Positions 25,035-39,968 of a DNA stretch of 64,000 bases are shown piece by piece. The stretch lies in the NCBI RefSeq assembly GCF_963853765.1, contig NC_088853.1:46996001-47060000 (forward strand), given 5' to 3'. Below the pieces are notes generated by a model. The model searched no databases. It worked only from the letters and a program-made list of their open reading frames with translations, and was not told the origin of the DNA. Source of the stretch: Magallana gigas (Eukaryota). A program made the position numbers and the translations under genes. Within the stretch, counting starts at the first letter, position 1; every line of letters begins with the position of its first letter.

Positions 25035-27799
25035 ATACACATCTATCAGTATTAAAGGAGTGATAATACACATCTATCAATATTATAGGAGTGATAATAC
25101 ACATCTATCAGCATTATAGGAGTGATAATACACATCTATCAATATTATAGGAGTGATAATACACATCTATCAGAATTATAGGAGTGATAATACACATCTA
25201 TCAGTATTATAGGAGTGAGATAATACACATCTATCAGTATTATAGGAGTGATAATACACATCTATCAGTATTATAGGGGTGATAATATACATCTATCAGA
25301 ATTATAGGAGTGATAATACACATCTATCAGTATTATAGGAGTGATAATACACATCTATCAGTATTATAGGAGTGATAATACACATCTATCAGTATCAGTA
25401 TTATAGGAGTGATAATACACATCTATCAGCATTAAAGGAGTGATAATACACATCTATCAGTATTATAGGAGTGATAATACACATCTATCAGTATTATAGG
25501 AGTGATAATACACATCTATCAGAATTATAGGAGTGATAATACACATCTATCAGTATCATAGGAACACATCTATCAGCATTATAGGAGTGATAATACACAT
25601 CTATCAATATTATAGGAGTGATAATACACATCTATCAGAATTATAGGAGTGATAATACACATCTATCAGCATTATAGGAGTGATAATACACATCTATCAG
25701 TATTATAGGAGTGATAATACACATCTATCAGTATTATAGGAGTGATAATACACATCTATCAGAATTATAGGAGTGATAATACACATCTATCAGTATCATA
25801 GGAACACATCTATCAGTATTATAGGAGTGATAATACACATCTATCAATATTATAGGAGTGATAATACACATCTATCAGAATTATAGGAGTGATAATACAC
25901 ATCTATCAGTATTATAGGAGTGAGATAATACACATCTATCAGTATTATAGGAGTGATAATACACATCTATCAGTATTATAGGAGTGATAATATACATCTA
26001 TCAGAATTATAGGAGTGATAATACACATCTATCAGTATTATAGGAGTGATAATACACATCTATCAGCATTATAGGAGTGATAATACACATCTATCAATAT
26101 TATAGGAGTGATAATACACATCTATCAATATTATAGGAGTGATAATACACATCTATCAGAATTATAGGAGTGATAATACACATCTATCAGTATTATAGGA
26201 GTGATAATACACATCTATCAGTATTATAGGAGTGATAATACACATCTATCAGTATTATAGGAGTGATAATACACATCTATCAATATTATAGGAGTGATAA
26301 TACACATCTATCAGCATTATAGGAGTGATAATACACATCTATCAGTATCATAGGAGTGATAATGCACATCTATCAGTATCATAGGAACACATCTATCAGC
26401 ATTATAGGAGTGATAATACACATCTATCAGCATTATAGGAGTGATAATACACATATATCAGTATTATAGGAGTGAGATAATATACATCTATCAGTATTAT
26501 AGGAGTGATAATACACATCTATCAGTATTATAGGGGTGATAATATACATCTATCAGTATTATAGGAGTGTTAATACACATCTATCAATATTATAGGAGTG
26601 ATAATACACATCTATCAGTATTATAGGAGTGATAATACACATCTATCAGCATTATAGGAGTGATAATACACATCTATCAGTATCATAGGAGTGATAATAC
26701 ACATCTATCAGTATCATAGGAGTGATAATACACATCTATCAGTATTATAGGAGTGATAATACACATCTATCAGTATTATAGGAGTGATAATACACATCTA
26801 TCAGTATTATAGGAGTGATAATACACATCTATCAGTATTATAGGAGTGATAATACACATCTATCAGTATCAGTATTATAGGAGTGATAATACACATCTAT
26901 CAATATTATAGGAGTGATAATACACATCTATCAGCATTATAGGAGTGATAATACACATCTATCAGCATTATAGGAGTGATAATACACATCTATCAGTATC
27001 ATAGGAGTGATAATACACATCTATCAGTATCATAGGAGTGATAATACACATCTATCAGTATTATAGGAGTGATAATACACATCTATCAGTATTATAGGAG
27101 TGATAATACACATCTATCAATATTATAGGAGTGATAATACACATCTATCAGTATTATAGGAGTGATAATACACATCTATCAGTATTATAGGAGTGATAAT
27201 ACACATCTATCAGTATTATAGGAGTGATAATACACATCTATCAGTATTATAGGAGTGTTAATACACATCTATCAGTATTATAGGAGTGATAATACACATC
27301 TATCAGTATTATAGGAGTGATAATACACATCTATCAATATTATAGGAGTGATAATACACATCTATCAGTATTATAGGAGTGATAATACACATCTATCAGT
27401 ATTATAGGAGTGATAATACACATCTATCAGTATTATAGGAGTGATAATACACATCTATCAGTATTATAGGAGTGTTAATACACATCTATCAGTATCAATA
27501 TTATAGGAGTGATAATACACATCTATCAGTATTATAGGAGTGATAATACACATCTATCAATATTATAGGAGTGATAATACACATCTATCAGTATTATAGG
27601 AGTGATAATACACATCTATCAGTATTATAGGAGTGATAATACACATCTATCAGTATCAGTATTATAGGAGTGATAATACACATCTATCAATATTATAGGA
27701 GTGATAATACACATCTATCAGTATTATAGGAGTGATAATACACATCTATCAGTATTATAGGAGTGATAATACACATCTATCAGTATTATAGGAGTGATA
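25035..27799 (+). repeat. 31-bp satellite, ~89 units (2.77 kb)
   Basis: Unit GTATTATAGGAGTGATAATACACATCTATCA, with recurrent indel variants. Confidence 0.97.
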
Positions 27800-28415
27800 C
27801 TACAACACAACAGTTCTAGTATATAAAAAAAGACAAAATTAAAAGACATAACAAATATATTTTAAACTTCTCAATGCTACAGCCCGGTAAAATGCAAGGA
27901 TACATGAATACCCTCTAGTTGTGCCTTTAAGTTAGACGACTGTACTGCTCGCATAACGAACACACACAATCATCTTATTACACACATACTACCATTATGT
28001 CAAAGATGATTAGAGAAATCTTGTATAGATGCCTTTATTCCTCAAATTGTTTCTTTTTTCAGTTTAGAAACATCCGGAGAGAACCTGTGTTCTTGATGAA
28101 AATGTTGATATAAGTAATCGTGTTTAGTATGTGTATGTAGGCAGTTAGTACAATTTTACGATTTTTATTGATATCTAGGAGTTTTAAACGTTTTTGGGTT
28201 CATAGTTTTGGGAGTTGCATGTTTGTATTCCGCTGACGGCTATTTAGAGAGCAGAGGCAAAGCCAACAACAGCAGGATACAAGATAATTTCAAATGGCGT
28301 TAAAGCTAGAGTATAACCATGGAAAAATACCAAATGTATAGAGATATATTCTTTCTCTTATTTACAGAAAGAAATTTTAAAGACAATTTGACTGAAAACT
28401 TGCAGTGATAATTTT

Positions 28416-28490
28416 TTTTAGCTCACCTGAGCTGAAAGCTAAAGTGAGCTATTCTGATCACATTTTGTCCGTCGTCCGTTTGTCCGTCCA

Positions 28491-28523
<33 letters not shown>

Positions 28524-30598
28524 TACATTTTGAACTTCTTCTCTAAAACCACTTGGCCAATTTCAACCAACTTTGGCACAAAGCATCTTTATGGGAAAGC
28601 AAATATATTGCAGTAATGAAAGACCGATCTTTATTAAAGCGAAGAGAACATCGAAATTGTTGATAAAGGGGGTGCATGTTAAAAAATCTGCTCCTCAAGA
28701 ACTACTGAGTCAAATTCAACGTAATTTAGCATAAATCATCCTAATTGGAAGGAAAATATAAATTGCAAAAATTAAGGGCTAATCTGGTTCAAAGTTGAGT
28801 AATTTACGAAAATAATAATAAGACAGAGAGAATGGGGGTTAATCAGTTTAACTTCGGGCTTGATATTTCAAATATCGAAAACCAGTTTTGAGGACCAGTC
28901 ATATTGAATGGAGATAAATTTGCTTGTTGTGCAACAGTTTACGTGCGAAGGGAATATTTGAAACATCCAAAATATATTTGTGCCGTTTATATATGAAGTA
29001 AATTGAGGTTAAATATTTCAATGCGTAGACATTTTCATTTATGACGGTGGTTTTTAGCTTGTTTTGATTTTCGTAATTTAGCATGTTTAGTTTCTTTTTA
29101 TTTTAACTTGAGAGGAACCATCGTCTTTATTTTAGAATTTAAAATTTTTACGTGTAGACCGGTTAATCAGACAGCTGATTGTTTACATGTACCTGCGCAA
29201 AATCTGATGCACTAACAACATATTATAAAATACTATTCATTATGTTGGTACATGTAACTCGGTACGATCTCTACGTAATGGTTGATAAATGCAACATGTT
29301 TTATTAAGATGCTCAGCAATTTCAATGTAAACGGAGATTATTCTCGCTGCTAGAAATGTATAAGTATATATATGATGAAAAATAGATTGTGTTTTTTGTT
29401 TTTTTTAGTGCATTTATCTCTTGATTTAATTGTTCACAAATTTCTATTTACTAGCCCGAGAGTCAAGCTTCGAGTTACCTAGCTTTGCAAACATAGCTAC
29501 TGTATGTTTGTACACAAAGCTGAGGTCATGCTTTAGTTCGTTTATATTTTAAATGCAGCTATGCTGAATAGAAAATACCATGTTTTAAAAATCTTATTGA
29601 ATGTAATAAACTCATGTGAACAAAAACATGTTTCAAACCAAGCTATGTATCTTGCTTATAATTCTACGATTGGCGCTGAAATTTTGGTTGATCAATTGAA
29701 ATGTCTTGCTAAAAGGATGATATGCTGTAACTACTTTCTGGTGCCCCTTCTTAAACGATGAATTGCATAAAATCTACACAAATTTTTGATAGTTTTTCGA
29801 ACATAAGTAAATAAAAAGGACGTCTTTTAAACAGTTTCCATAGTCCTGAAACATTATTATTATGAGGATAAAAGCATTATCGTTGTTCTTAAATTTGCAA
29901 CGGTAAGTCATCTTTGTTTGTAGACATTTGTTGATTTTTTAATAAAGATGAAAATAATGGGTGGGCCTTTGTACAATAGAGCAACATGCCTGCCAATACA
30001 TTGATTTGAATTATAGCTCTTTAACATATGTGACAACATTTTTCAGTGAAGTTTATTCCTCAGTCAAGTGAGTAAAGATATGAAACGTCATACGAAATGA
30101 ATTCATGCCTGGTAAACGACAATCGTATATAATGGGGAAGGCCAATTAAATCTTTCAATGTTTTTAATTTAAGGAATTCAGTGCATTCATTCTGGTGCAT
30201 TGATGTACACTTTTCTTTTTCCATATATAGGATTTTTTAAAATAAAATACAATAACTAGTAAGTAGTGGAGGGAGAAAATGTACCTGTATGCTCTCATGT
30301 ATTTTAATCGTTTTATAAAGTGAGGGGGGAAGGGGGGGGCTAAAATAAAGGGAACTGGAAGTTAACCGTGAACACCAACTAATAATTTAGTTATTTATAT
30401 TGCATATAATCTTATTTTTGGTAAAAATGGTATCCCATACGTCAATGATTATAATAAGTATATGCAAAAATAAGTGTAAAATTCTGATATTTATTTTTGG
30501 TTAATCTACCAAGGCGCCATATGACACAATATCCTTTGAACGCCCATACAAAGCCAGTGTTGCTCAGATAAGCGACGTGGCCCATTGGGCCTCTTGTT
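28416..30598 (+). mobile_element. Helentron-associated non-autonomous element (HINE/DINE-1-like): 5' and 3' ends
   Basis: 5' end TTTTAGCTCACCTGAGCTGAAAGCTAAAGTGAGCT followed by a (GTCC/GTCT)n tract. 3' end CTCAGATAAGCGACGTGGCCCATTGGGCCTCTTGTT with a stem-loop. The interior may include unrelated inserts. Confidence 0.7.
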
Positions 30599-31529
30599 AT
30601 GCTTTCTATCCGGAATGTTTCAAACTGAAAAAGATTGCAGGTGTAATAGCATAGACCCCATCCTCCCTCCTCCATCCCTGCAATCAGTATCTTTTCCCGA
30701 GGAAAAACAGGCGTGGGTTTTATTCCCCCCAGATACCCTGATACCTAATTTCCCTATAGAAAAAAAACACCCATTTGTAGAAAAAGCTCGAGATCGCTTT
30801 TCCCTATTCGTACACTGTATATCTGTTGTCAATTCTCTAACAAAAAATCTCCATTATAATTTTATATGTAAACTTAAACTTTCTTCTTTTTGAAGGTATT
30901 TATGAATCACATATATAATTATTCTTAAATTTTCAAAAGAAAATTTTTCCATACATATACATTTTATGAACTACTACAATGAATCACTACAATTCCTTAC
31001 CATTATTTATATAAAATCTTAATTTGGTAAAATTTCATAATCATAAATTCAACTTTCGTTTTTTTAAATAAACATTTCACTTCAACTTTATTTCTTACTC
31101 AGCCTTTTCGATTTTTCACAAATTCCTAATGTCCTCATGACTTTGTATTTTTTAAACAAGGTACGAGTAACAAGAACTTTATTCTACCAACAGCTCAGAA
31201 TACTCGCTGATAGTTTCCTTTATATTAGAGAGACCGATTAAGTCCTTCAGAAAAATGTTCCGTGTATTTGTTGAAAATATTTAACATGTGCATTGATAAC
31301 AGACAACTGATCGGAATGACATGCAGACGATAATCTATTGTTGGATGTTAAGAGGGCCAGATGTTAGGCTATAATTACCTCCTTTACACAAAGAGTATAA
31401 GGAAATAAGAAAATGTTAAAATTTCAAAACTTAAATATTTGGATATCTTCTTCTCTTAAGAAGACTTTCATGGTCAAAAATGTTATATTTTAAAGTTTTT
31501 GTGGTGTTAATAATGTATGCAAAACAAGT

Positions 31530-33081
31530 GTTAATTACTATAACTACAAAAATTTGTAATGTTTTTCACAAAGCAGTAAGCGATACATTTGGTAATTACA
31601 ATATGGGATGCAACAAATTTTCAGAAAAAAATTTCAATAATAAACCATGGTTCAACAAAGAATGTAGAACAGCAAGGAAAAATTTTCATTTGGCAAAGAA
31701 AAATCATAATAACTGCAAGTCTGAGGAAAATTTACGTCATCGTCTCAAAGCAAAAACTATAAGCGGGTTATGGACGAGTGTATAAAAAACTTACAGGAAA
31801 AGCATCACCGACAAAATAAAGAACGTGCGTACTACAAATACCAAAGAGTACTGGAAAATTTTAAATTCAACATGTAAAGACAAAAAGTGTGCTGTTGATA
31901 TTAATGATTATTTTAATTTTATAAAGGGTATTACTGAAAATGAAGATGAGTCGCTTGCTGTAGAAAATGATGACTACTTTTTAAATGTCGCTCATGAAAA
32001 TGTTGATGACTTTCTTAACTGTGAAATATATGACGGTGAAATATTGGCTGCGGTTAAACACAATAAAGCAGCAGGTTTTGACAGAGTGTTGAACGAACAT
32101 ATTTGTTCTACTATTACTGTATTTTTGCCAGTGTGCAAAAACACTATTTAATGTTATTTTTGATAGTGGTATTGTTCCAGACGAGTGGTTAATTGGAATT
32201 GTAAAGCCTATTTATAAAAACAAAGGGGACCCTACGAAACCTGAAAATTATCGTCCTATAACTTTATTAAGTTGTCGTGGTAAACTTTCTACATCTATTT
32301 TAAGCAAACGGCTGGATGCATATGCAAATGAGATTAATATAACAAGTGAAAGCCAATTTGGTTTCCGAAAAGGCTATTCTACCCTAGATCATGTGTTAAC
32401 TCTGCAGTTTTTATCAGAAACTCTTATGAAACAGAAAAAGAAATTATTTTGTGCCTTCATTGATTTTAAGCAAGCATTTGTCACTATTTGGAGAAGAGGG
32501 TTATGGTACAAAATGTCAAAAATGGTATTACTGGAAAATGTTTTGTTTATACCAGAAACATGTACCAGGGTATTAAATCTCTTATTAGTATGGATGGTAC
32601 CACATCTGATTTTATAGGGCGTAAACCTATCGCCATTTTTGTTTTCATTGTAATTGGTCTGAACAAAATATATAGTAAATGTAAAATTGATTTCTACAAT
32701 TGTAAAACAAAGGTTACAAGACCAATATTTCAAAAATGGTCTAGTGAAATTAATGACTCGTCAAAAGGGCAAATTTACAAGATTTTTAAGTAAAATTTCA
32801 GCTATAAAAATTAGATTGATATATTGCCACATAAGCTTTAGAACCTCAAATCACCGTCTCCCAGTGGAGACTGGGAGATGGTACAATTCTCCTTTAAACC
32901 AAAGAGTGTGTAAACTGTGTAATTCAGGTCAAATGGCTGACGAATACCATTATATTCTTGAATGTAAAGAGCTATTGACATTTAGACATAAATATCTTGA
33001 TGATAAATACTGGTCAGCGCCAAATACTATTAAGTTTTGGGAACTTATGTCTTGTTCTAATGTTACAACTGTCATGTTGTA

Positions 33082-33119
<38 letters not shown>

Positions 33120-33250
33120 ACAACATGACACAAACCTGAAAAAGTTATTTATTATCAAATATACAGTCTGATATAATAGTCTGTCCTCCATTATTACACT
33201 TTTTCCTATCTTCATTGTATATATTGTATATTTATGCTTATTTACTATTT
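31530..33250 (+). mobile_element. Decayed LINE (RTE-X/CR1-type ORF2), 5'-truncated and internally deleted
   Basis: KPWFNKECR linker, then NYRPITLLSC, QFGFRKGYST and FIDFKQAF. It jumps at ~32640 from NLSPFLFS to post-RT sequence, so YADD is lost. C-terminal FRTSNHRLPVETGRW..C..C..DEYHYILEC. Many frameshifts. Confidence 0.9.
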
Positions 33251-34270
33251 ATCTACTACTTATCTATTCATTTATAAAATGTACCTCTGACTTTTGAACT
33301 GTATATAATGATTGACCTCATGTACCATTTCATGGTTTTAGCGAATAAACTGAATTGAAAAAATTGGATCTGATGGTTGATATATTGACCATCCAACCTC
33401 CTTAAAGAAACAGAACAGCTGAAAACATATGTGTGAATAACTTCAGATTTACCTATTGTATCGTTAGGAAACAAGAAACAACGTTGATTGTAATAATTGA
33501 AATTCATAAAAATCCCTTTCACATACTTAGTTAACGTAATTATGAGCTTCCGGAAATTTAAGGATCGTACAAACCGGAATAATCTTATATCGTTTATTTT
33601 TACCACGTGGACTTTGATTGACAGTAATTGACACGTGCTGAAAGCTATAAGATCTTCGTCTGACTACGGTCATCTTGGTATACGAGGTTAAAGGGACTCT
33701 CTAGACGGAACTCATCGTCACTTACTCGATAATTTTTAAATGGTTTACCAATTTCGGTTCATTTTAACATGAACAGACATAAATATGTCAAATAACCCCT
33801 TAAAGGCCGGGGCCTCATTTACACAAATGAATTTAGGTTGTAGCAACTCCTATGATAAACACGCAAAGTACATGCTTCCAAAATAATAATTGTGGTTTTT
33901 TAAAAACTTTGAACAATTATTACCTAAGAGAAGTAGAAAAACCATATTTTTATCAACAAACCTGTCCAGGAGAATCTTCGCGAACCCTGCATGTGTTTTG
34001 TTTGCAGTACATAATTATGCATGCGTAATAGTATAATAGAAGGCTGAACCCCGTAACACGTTGCGATGTAAATATAGGTTAAACGTAAGTATTAATTTTA
34101 ATGAAATAATTAGATTTATTTCACGGAGAACTTTGTAATTTTCGAAAAGTTTATAAATTCATGAGTTGAGTAGTACAAAAATACCGAACCCGATCGGAGA
34201 ATTTTTTTCAAGTCGGTTTTTTGATAAGATGTGCCGTACTGTCTCTTTAAACTCACTTGGCCCATATAAA

Positions 34271-35536
34271 GAACACTGATGTAGAATAGCTTATATATAG
34301 AACATTGATGTGACATACCTTATATATACAACATTGATGCATCATACCTTACATATAGAACATTGATGTAGCATACCTTATAAATAGAACACTGACGTAG
34401 CACACCTTATGTATGGATCACTGATGTAGCATACCTTATATATAGATCACTGTGATGTAGCAAACTTTATATATAGAACATTGATGTAGCATACCGTAAA
34501 TATAGAAAACTGATATAGCATACCTTATAAATAGAACACTGACGTAGCATACCTTATATATAGAACAGTGATATAGCTTACCTTAAAAATAGAACACTGA
34601 CGTAGCATACCTTATGTATAGAACATTGATGCATCATACCTTATATATAGATCTCTGATGTAGCATACCTTATATACAGGACACTGACGTAGCATACCTT
34701 AAAGATAGAACAATAATGTAGCATACCTTATATATAGAACATTGGTGTAGCATACCTTACATATAGAACATTGATGCATCATACCTTATATATAGAACAT
34801 TGATATAGCATACCTTATAAATAGAACACTGACGTAGCATACCTTGTGTATAGATCTCTGACGTAGCATACCTTATGTATAGAACATTGATGTAGCATAC
34901 CTTATATTAGAACATTGATGTAGCATACCTTATATATAGAACCTTGATGTAGCATACCTTATATATAGATCACTGACGTAGCATACCTTATGTATAGAAC
35001 ATTGATGTAGCATACCTTATGTATAGAACATTGATGTAGCATACCTTATATTAGAACATTGATGTAGCATACCTTATGTATAGAACATTGATGTAGCATA
35101 CCTTATATTAGAACATTGATGTAGCATACCTTATGTATAGATCATTGATGTAGCATACCTTATATACAGAACATTGATGTAGCATACCTTATATATAGAA
35201 CATTGATGTAGCATACCTTATATATAGAACATTGATGTAGCATACCTTATATATAGAACATTGATGTAGCATACCTTATATACAGAACATTGATGTAGCA
35301 TACCTTATATACAGAACATTGATGTAGCATACCTTATGTATAGAACATTGATGTAGCATACCTTATGTATAGAACATTGATGTAGCATACCTTATGTATA
35401 GAACATTGATGTAGCATACCTTATATATAGAACATTGATGTAGCATACCTTATATATAGAACATTGATGTAGCATACCTTATATATAGAACATTGATGTA
35501 GCATACCTTATATACAGAACATTGATGTAGCATACC
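34271..35536 (+). repeat. 29-bp satellite, ~44 units
   Basis: Unit GAACATTGATGTAGCATACCTTATATATA, degenerate on the left and homogeneous on the right. Confidence 0.95.
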
Positions 35537-36242
35537 GATATCATTAATTATTTTAAGAGTAATTAAATACGATTACCCTTTATTTTATGCAAAAATTCAA
35601 ATGAGTTAGGGAGGTCAATTTAATTAGAAAGAATATTATTTTAATGAAAAAAGCGCAAAGACTAGCAGAAATTTTTGGCTGGGAGTAGAATAGGCATAAA
35701 GTTCTTGTTATTGTGAATATTGCCGGATAACCTCCTCGGTCGAGAAATGCTTTTCTGAAATATAAAGGCCGGAAACTCGTACTCTATTTTTTAAATAAAT
35801 CCACCGGAAGTTTTTATTTTTCAATCACGTTGGCAACACAACTATTACATATAAGATAAACTAAACCCTCTGTAAGTAATTTGGAAGATAAAACTGTTTA
35901 TGTTCATGCATACTCAAACACTTATTTCTTGATTTTAGCGCATTGGGCATAGTGTGCTCTTGCTAGTACATGTATTCAAAAACGTGCAAATATAGTCAAT
36001 GCAAAAAACTTTATTCCTAAATTGTAATTAGGAATAAGATAGTTTTGATTATCATCAACGACCGCCAGCAGTGCTGACGAGCAATGAACTAAATTAAATA
36101 TCTTATTTTTGAAGGTCTTTCTACGAATATATACATTTTTTTTTTGTATTTCCATATACAGTAAACAATTTTGAAGTAAAAATGATTTATATTGATTAAT
36201 TTAATCTGATTATTTCTAAATATTGTAGGAAGAGATTTAGTG

Positions 36243-36391
36243 NNNNNNNNNNNNNNNNNNNNNNNNNNNNNNNNNNNNNNNNNNNNNNNNNNNNNNNNNN
36301 NNNNNNNNNNNNNNNNNNNNNNNNNNNNNNNNNNNNNNNNNNNNNNNNNNNNNNNNNNNNNNNNNNNNNNNNNNNNNNNNNNNNNNNNNNN
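36243..36391. other. Assembly gap (N run)
   Basis: 149 N. Confidence 1.
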
Positions 36392-36955
36392 TTATCCGTA
36401 AACAGGAAGTGGAGTTCTATATCTGGGCAATTAATTTTTTTGCCACGGGAGAAACTTTTTCCTGATCCATCTAAAAAACCATGGGCGCTTCTTCCGCCCA
36501 TGTTGGTTAGGTTACCCACGGGCCTGCTTTTTTGGGGCGAAGAGGACTATGTGGGGGGGGGGGGGCGTGAGGTCTATGTGTAATTATCTTTCAGAACTTT
36601 AAAAAGACCACGAAATATTGTGCTTTTAAATAGCCTAATGATATTTCACATTTAAGTTCATATAAATATCTTCAGTTTGCTAACTATTGCTATCGATATA
36701 CGCGCGACTGATGTCACTTTTTGCTTTGTTGTCTGGGGCTCCATAACAGCTCTACTTGGGAAAGCGCCATAATCACCACCATAGAACACAGAAGTACGGT
36801 ATGTAGAGACTCTGGTTTATTTATTTTTTTGGTCTGTCTGTATGTCTTAATGTCGATTAATTAATATCATGTTTCATTTTCCAAACATTTGGTATATGGC
36901 TGTTAAAAGAATTCAGATATAATATAATTTTACTTTTACTTTATGGGAAATAACT

Positions 36956-37001
<46 letters not shown>

Positions 37002-37879
37002 GTGTTATAGTACAGCTGACCATTTACGTCGCATTAGAAGACATAAAACAGGCTAATACAAAAAGAAATATTTTCCCCAAACTGTTGAAATGGTTGGACC
37101 TTGTATCTGGATCATACGTCAGTTTATACTGAGTCTAGTATAGCAATGAATACTCTTCATTTAAAAAATGGCGATAATCAAGCATTGCTAAAAAGTATTG
37201 AGCGTGTACAGGTAATTAGCTAAACGCCAATAAATGCAACCAAGGACAATACAGCCCATCAGTTTACAATAATTCACATATTACAAAATAAAATAAACAT
37301 CTGACTCTCGGAGTCAAAATGGGGGGTGAAACCCCTGATCAAGTGTTCCACATTTCCACAGATCCCACAGTTCCAACATTACATATTAAAATTATGTAAA
37401 GTTGCATATCATATACGGATTTGAAAAAACAGTTTTGAGTCAACAATATTTACACATAACTAGAGGCAAAGTATAAATGTATAACATATTTTAACATACA
37501 AGAGAATATGTTTCTTAGATAAATTGAATGATTTTCATGCAATTCGGCAATTAGAACCATTATAACAGGAGCTTGGACTTTGGGTAGTTGTATCAAACAG
37601 CAATGTGACGTAGGCCTGTCTATTTCTTTGCTGCCCACTCAGTGGAAGCTCATTGAAATCAACACGATTTGTCTGGCTTTTGAGCTAAGACTTCCCAATC
37701 GGTGTATATTTCGCTTGAATCCAGCGTCATTTTTAACATGTTTTGACGCAAGAAATGATAGCTACGTCCTACGGAAAGTCCAAGGCCTTGTTAAAATGGT
37801 TTTAATTATTACGGATTAATAAAGCACATTTTATATACATGATCCGAACACAACAACTTAAGTGATTTAAATGTACTCG

Positions 37880-38790
37880 GAGACTTATAATAGTACTCGC
37901 TTAAAAATTTTTTTTGTATATTATAATATTTTGGACATCGTCTTCAATTTGTTGAGCATCACAAACATCATATAATCGAGCCTGCCTGCTCTTACAAATG
38001 TACCTTGCTATCTTCCTGTTTCAATATTTAAACAATGTGAAGACAGTCTTATGCGAGAAATACGCATCCAAAGATTACTACGGATTGGTTTTGTTAGGTA
38101 TGGTAGGATTTTCGAGTAAGTGGGGTTTTTTGGGGGGCAAGATATCTGTATAAAAGACACTTTGAAGGATTTTCCACAAAGGCATTGCTTTCTTGCATGT
38201 AAATATCAAAAATTCTAGTTTCATATATATGTAACAACTGGCCAGGATTAAGTGACTGCTGTCCAATCCAGACTTCTTCTAGACCCACATGAAACAATTC
38301 ATTTTTTTACGTTTCTTGCCCAATTTACACTAAATAAGGCTGCACAATACTCAGTACTATTAAGTAATTGTAAGACGATTTTAAAATACAACTGTCTGTT
38401 TCTAGTAATTTACACCAGTATTTCATAATTGTAAAATAAGCAGACGTCGACCTTCACTATAAATCATATAATTACATACATTACGTCTAACACCAAGAAC
38501 ATTCTTACAATTTGACAGATGTAAACGCTCAATTTCAGGTGATTTATGAAAACCCAAGATTTCACTTCCATAAGAAATTACACTTCCAATATATATATCG
38601 AAATTTGACTCAGGGTTTTATGTATATTCAAAATCTTGAAGATTTCGGTTTTTTATCCAACAGAGCTTTTCTGACCCTGGTATAATAGTTTCTTTTGAGT
38701 TGCAGTAAATTTGCCGTTACAATTCAAACATAATCCTATATAATTAAAAGAATCAACGTTTTCCAAAATTTCATTGTTCGTTGTATGAAA
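37880..38790 (-). mobile_element. Decayed LINE ORF2 3' part (RTE-X/CR1-type)
   Basis: Minus-strand peptides ENVDSFNYIGL, SYGSEILGFHKSPEIERLHL, GLEEVWIGQQ and IRLSSHCLNIETGR, with frameshifts. Confidence 0.85.
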
Positions 38791-39108
38791 TATTACACGT
38801 TATGTACAAGTAATTAGGTAAATGCCAACATAATTTATTACAGGTGACGTACAAACAATTAGGTAAATGCAAATAAAATGTATTACAAGTAATGTACAAG
38901 TAACTACTAGGTAAATGCCAATATGACATATAACAAAATTTGTTAGATGTTTTTATAAATTGTTTACCTTAATATTGAATCGTACACTTACAATATGGGC
39001 TTCTTCTATTAGTATTGCCACAGATGCACTGTTCGGTTTTCAACATATATGTTAGGTACTAGAGAAGCAATTTTTGCACTTCATCGTCTGGTTTCACAAG
39101 CGCTTTAA

Positions 39109-39561
39109 GGTCAGACGACACGTTCCTCAATTTTATATATAACTTTTTTTCAGGAATTTGTTAATGGTTTACATGTACTATGACACACTTTCTTGCAAAA
39201 ACTTAGGGAACCTTATCAGGCATTTCTGCAAAATACTTGAGTATGCAATTTCCTATATGATCTTCTTGAAAATACACTTGAATGGCTTGATATAAAAATA
39301 AATAAAAATACAGCACAGCGAAATTTTCTATATTGGAACTCTATCTCGGCTGGGGCAGGGCTTTAAACTCACGACCTCTAGAACCTATATGCATCTGACA
39401 GTGAGCGACCACGGTTCTAACCACTCGGCCATCTAGACATATAACCATCTACTAGTAAATTTTTATCATTTTAAAAATAATAATAAAATTGATATTTTTT
39501 ATTGGAACTCTTTATTACGAGGAGATACATAAAAGATGCTCGAGGAACGTGTCGTCTGACC
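39109..39561. mobile_element. Kolobok-like MITE (453 bp)
   Basis: TTAA|GGTCAGACGACACGTTCCTC ... GAGGAACGTGTCGTCTGACC|TTAA: perfect 20-bp TIR and TTAA TSD. Removing it rejoins the LINE RT. Confidence 0.85.
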
Positions 39562-39968
39562 TTAAACTAAAAAAAGGGTTTATTGTTGTTTTGTTGATTA
39601 TAAGAAGGCCTTTGACTCTATCAACAGGTAGAAATTGTACAGAAAAATTCAAATATTACGGTATACAGGGAAAATTACTTGCAGTAATTCGTTCAGTGTA
39701 TTCCAGAATTAGAACGTACATGTGTTAAATCTTCTGGTCATATGTCTTATTTCTTTGAAAATCATGTTGGTCTTTTACAAGGAGAAGTGTTGTTTGTATT
39801 ATATGTTAAAGATTTTGAAAATGACTTAAAAAAAAAGGTACTGTCCCTACTGACCTGCAATTACTAAGTCTTTATCTTCTTATGTATGCGGATGACATGG
39901 TGTTGATTTCTGAATCAAATGATGAACTTCAGAGAGTTTTGAATGACCATGTAACGGTGAAAATTTAG

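Noticed and set aside
25035-27799. CRISPR-like periodicity (also at 17182, 22872 and 34271)
   Set aside because: Units are head-to-tail with no unique spacers, there are no cas genes, and the context is eukaryotic.
37880-39960. Divergent LINE pieces as a twin-priming 5' inversion of one element
   Set aside because: The plus-strand LINE has its own IVEQFV..GVVFSYNG segment at 41050..42570, homologous to the start of the minus-strand piece, so they are two elements.
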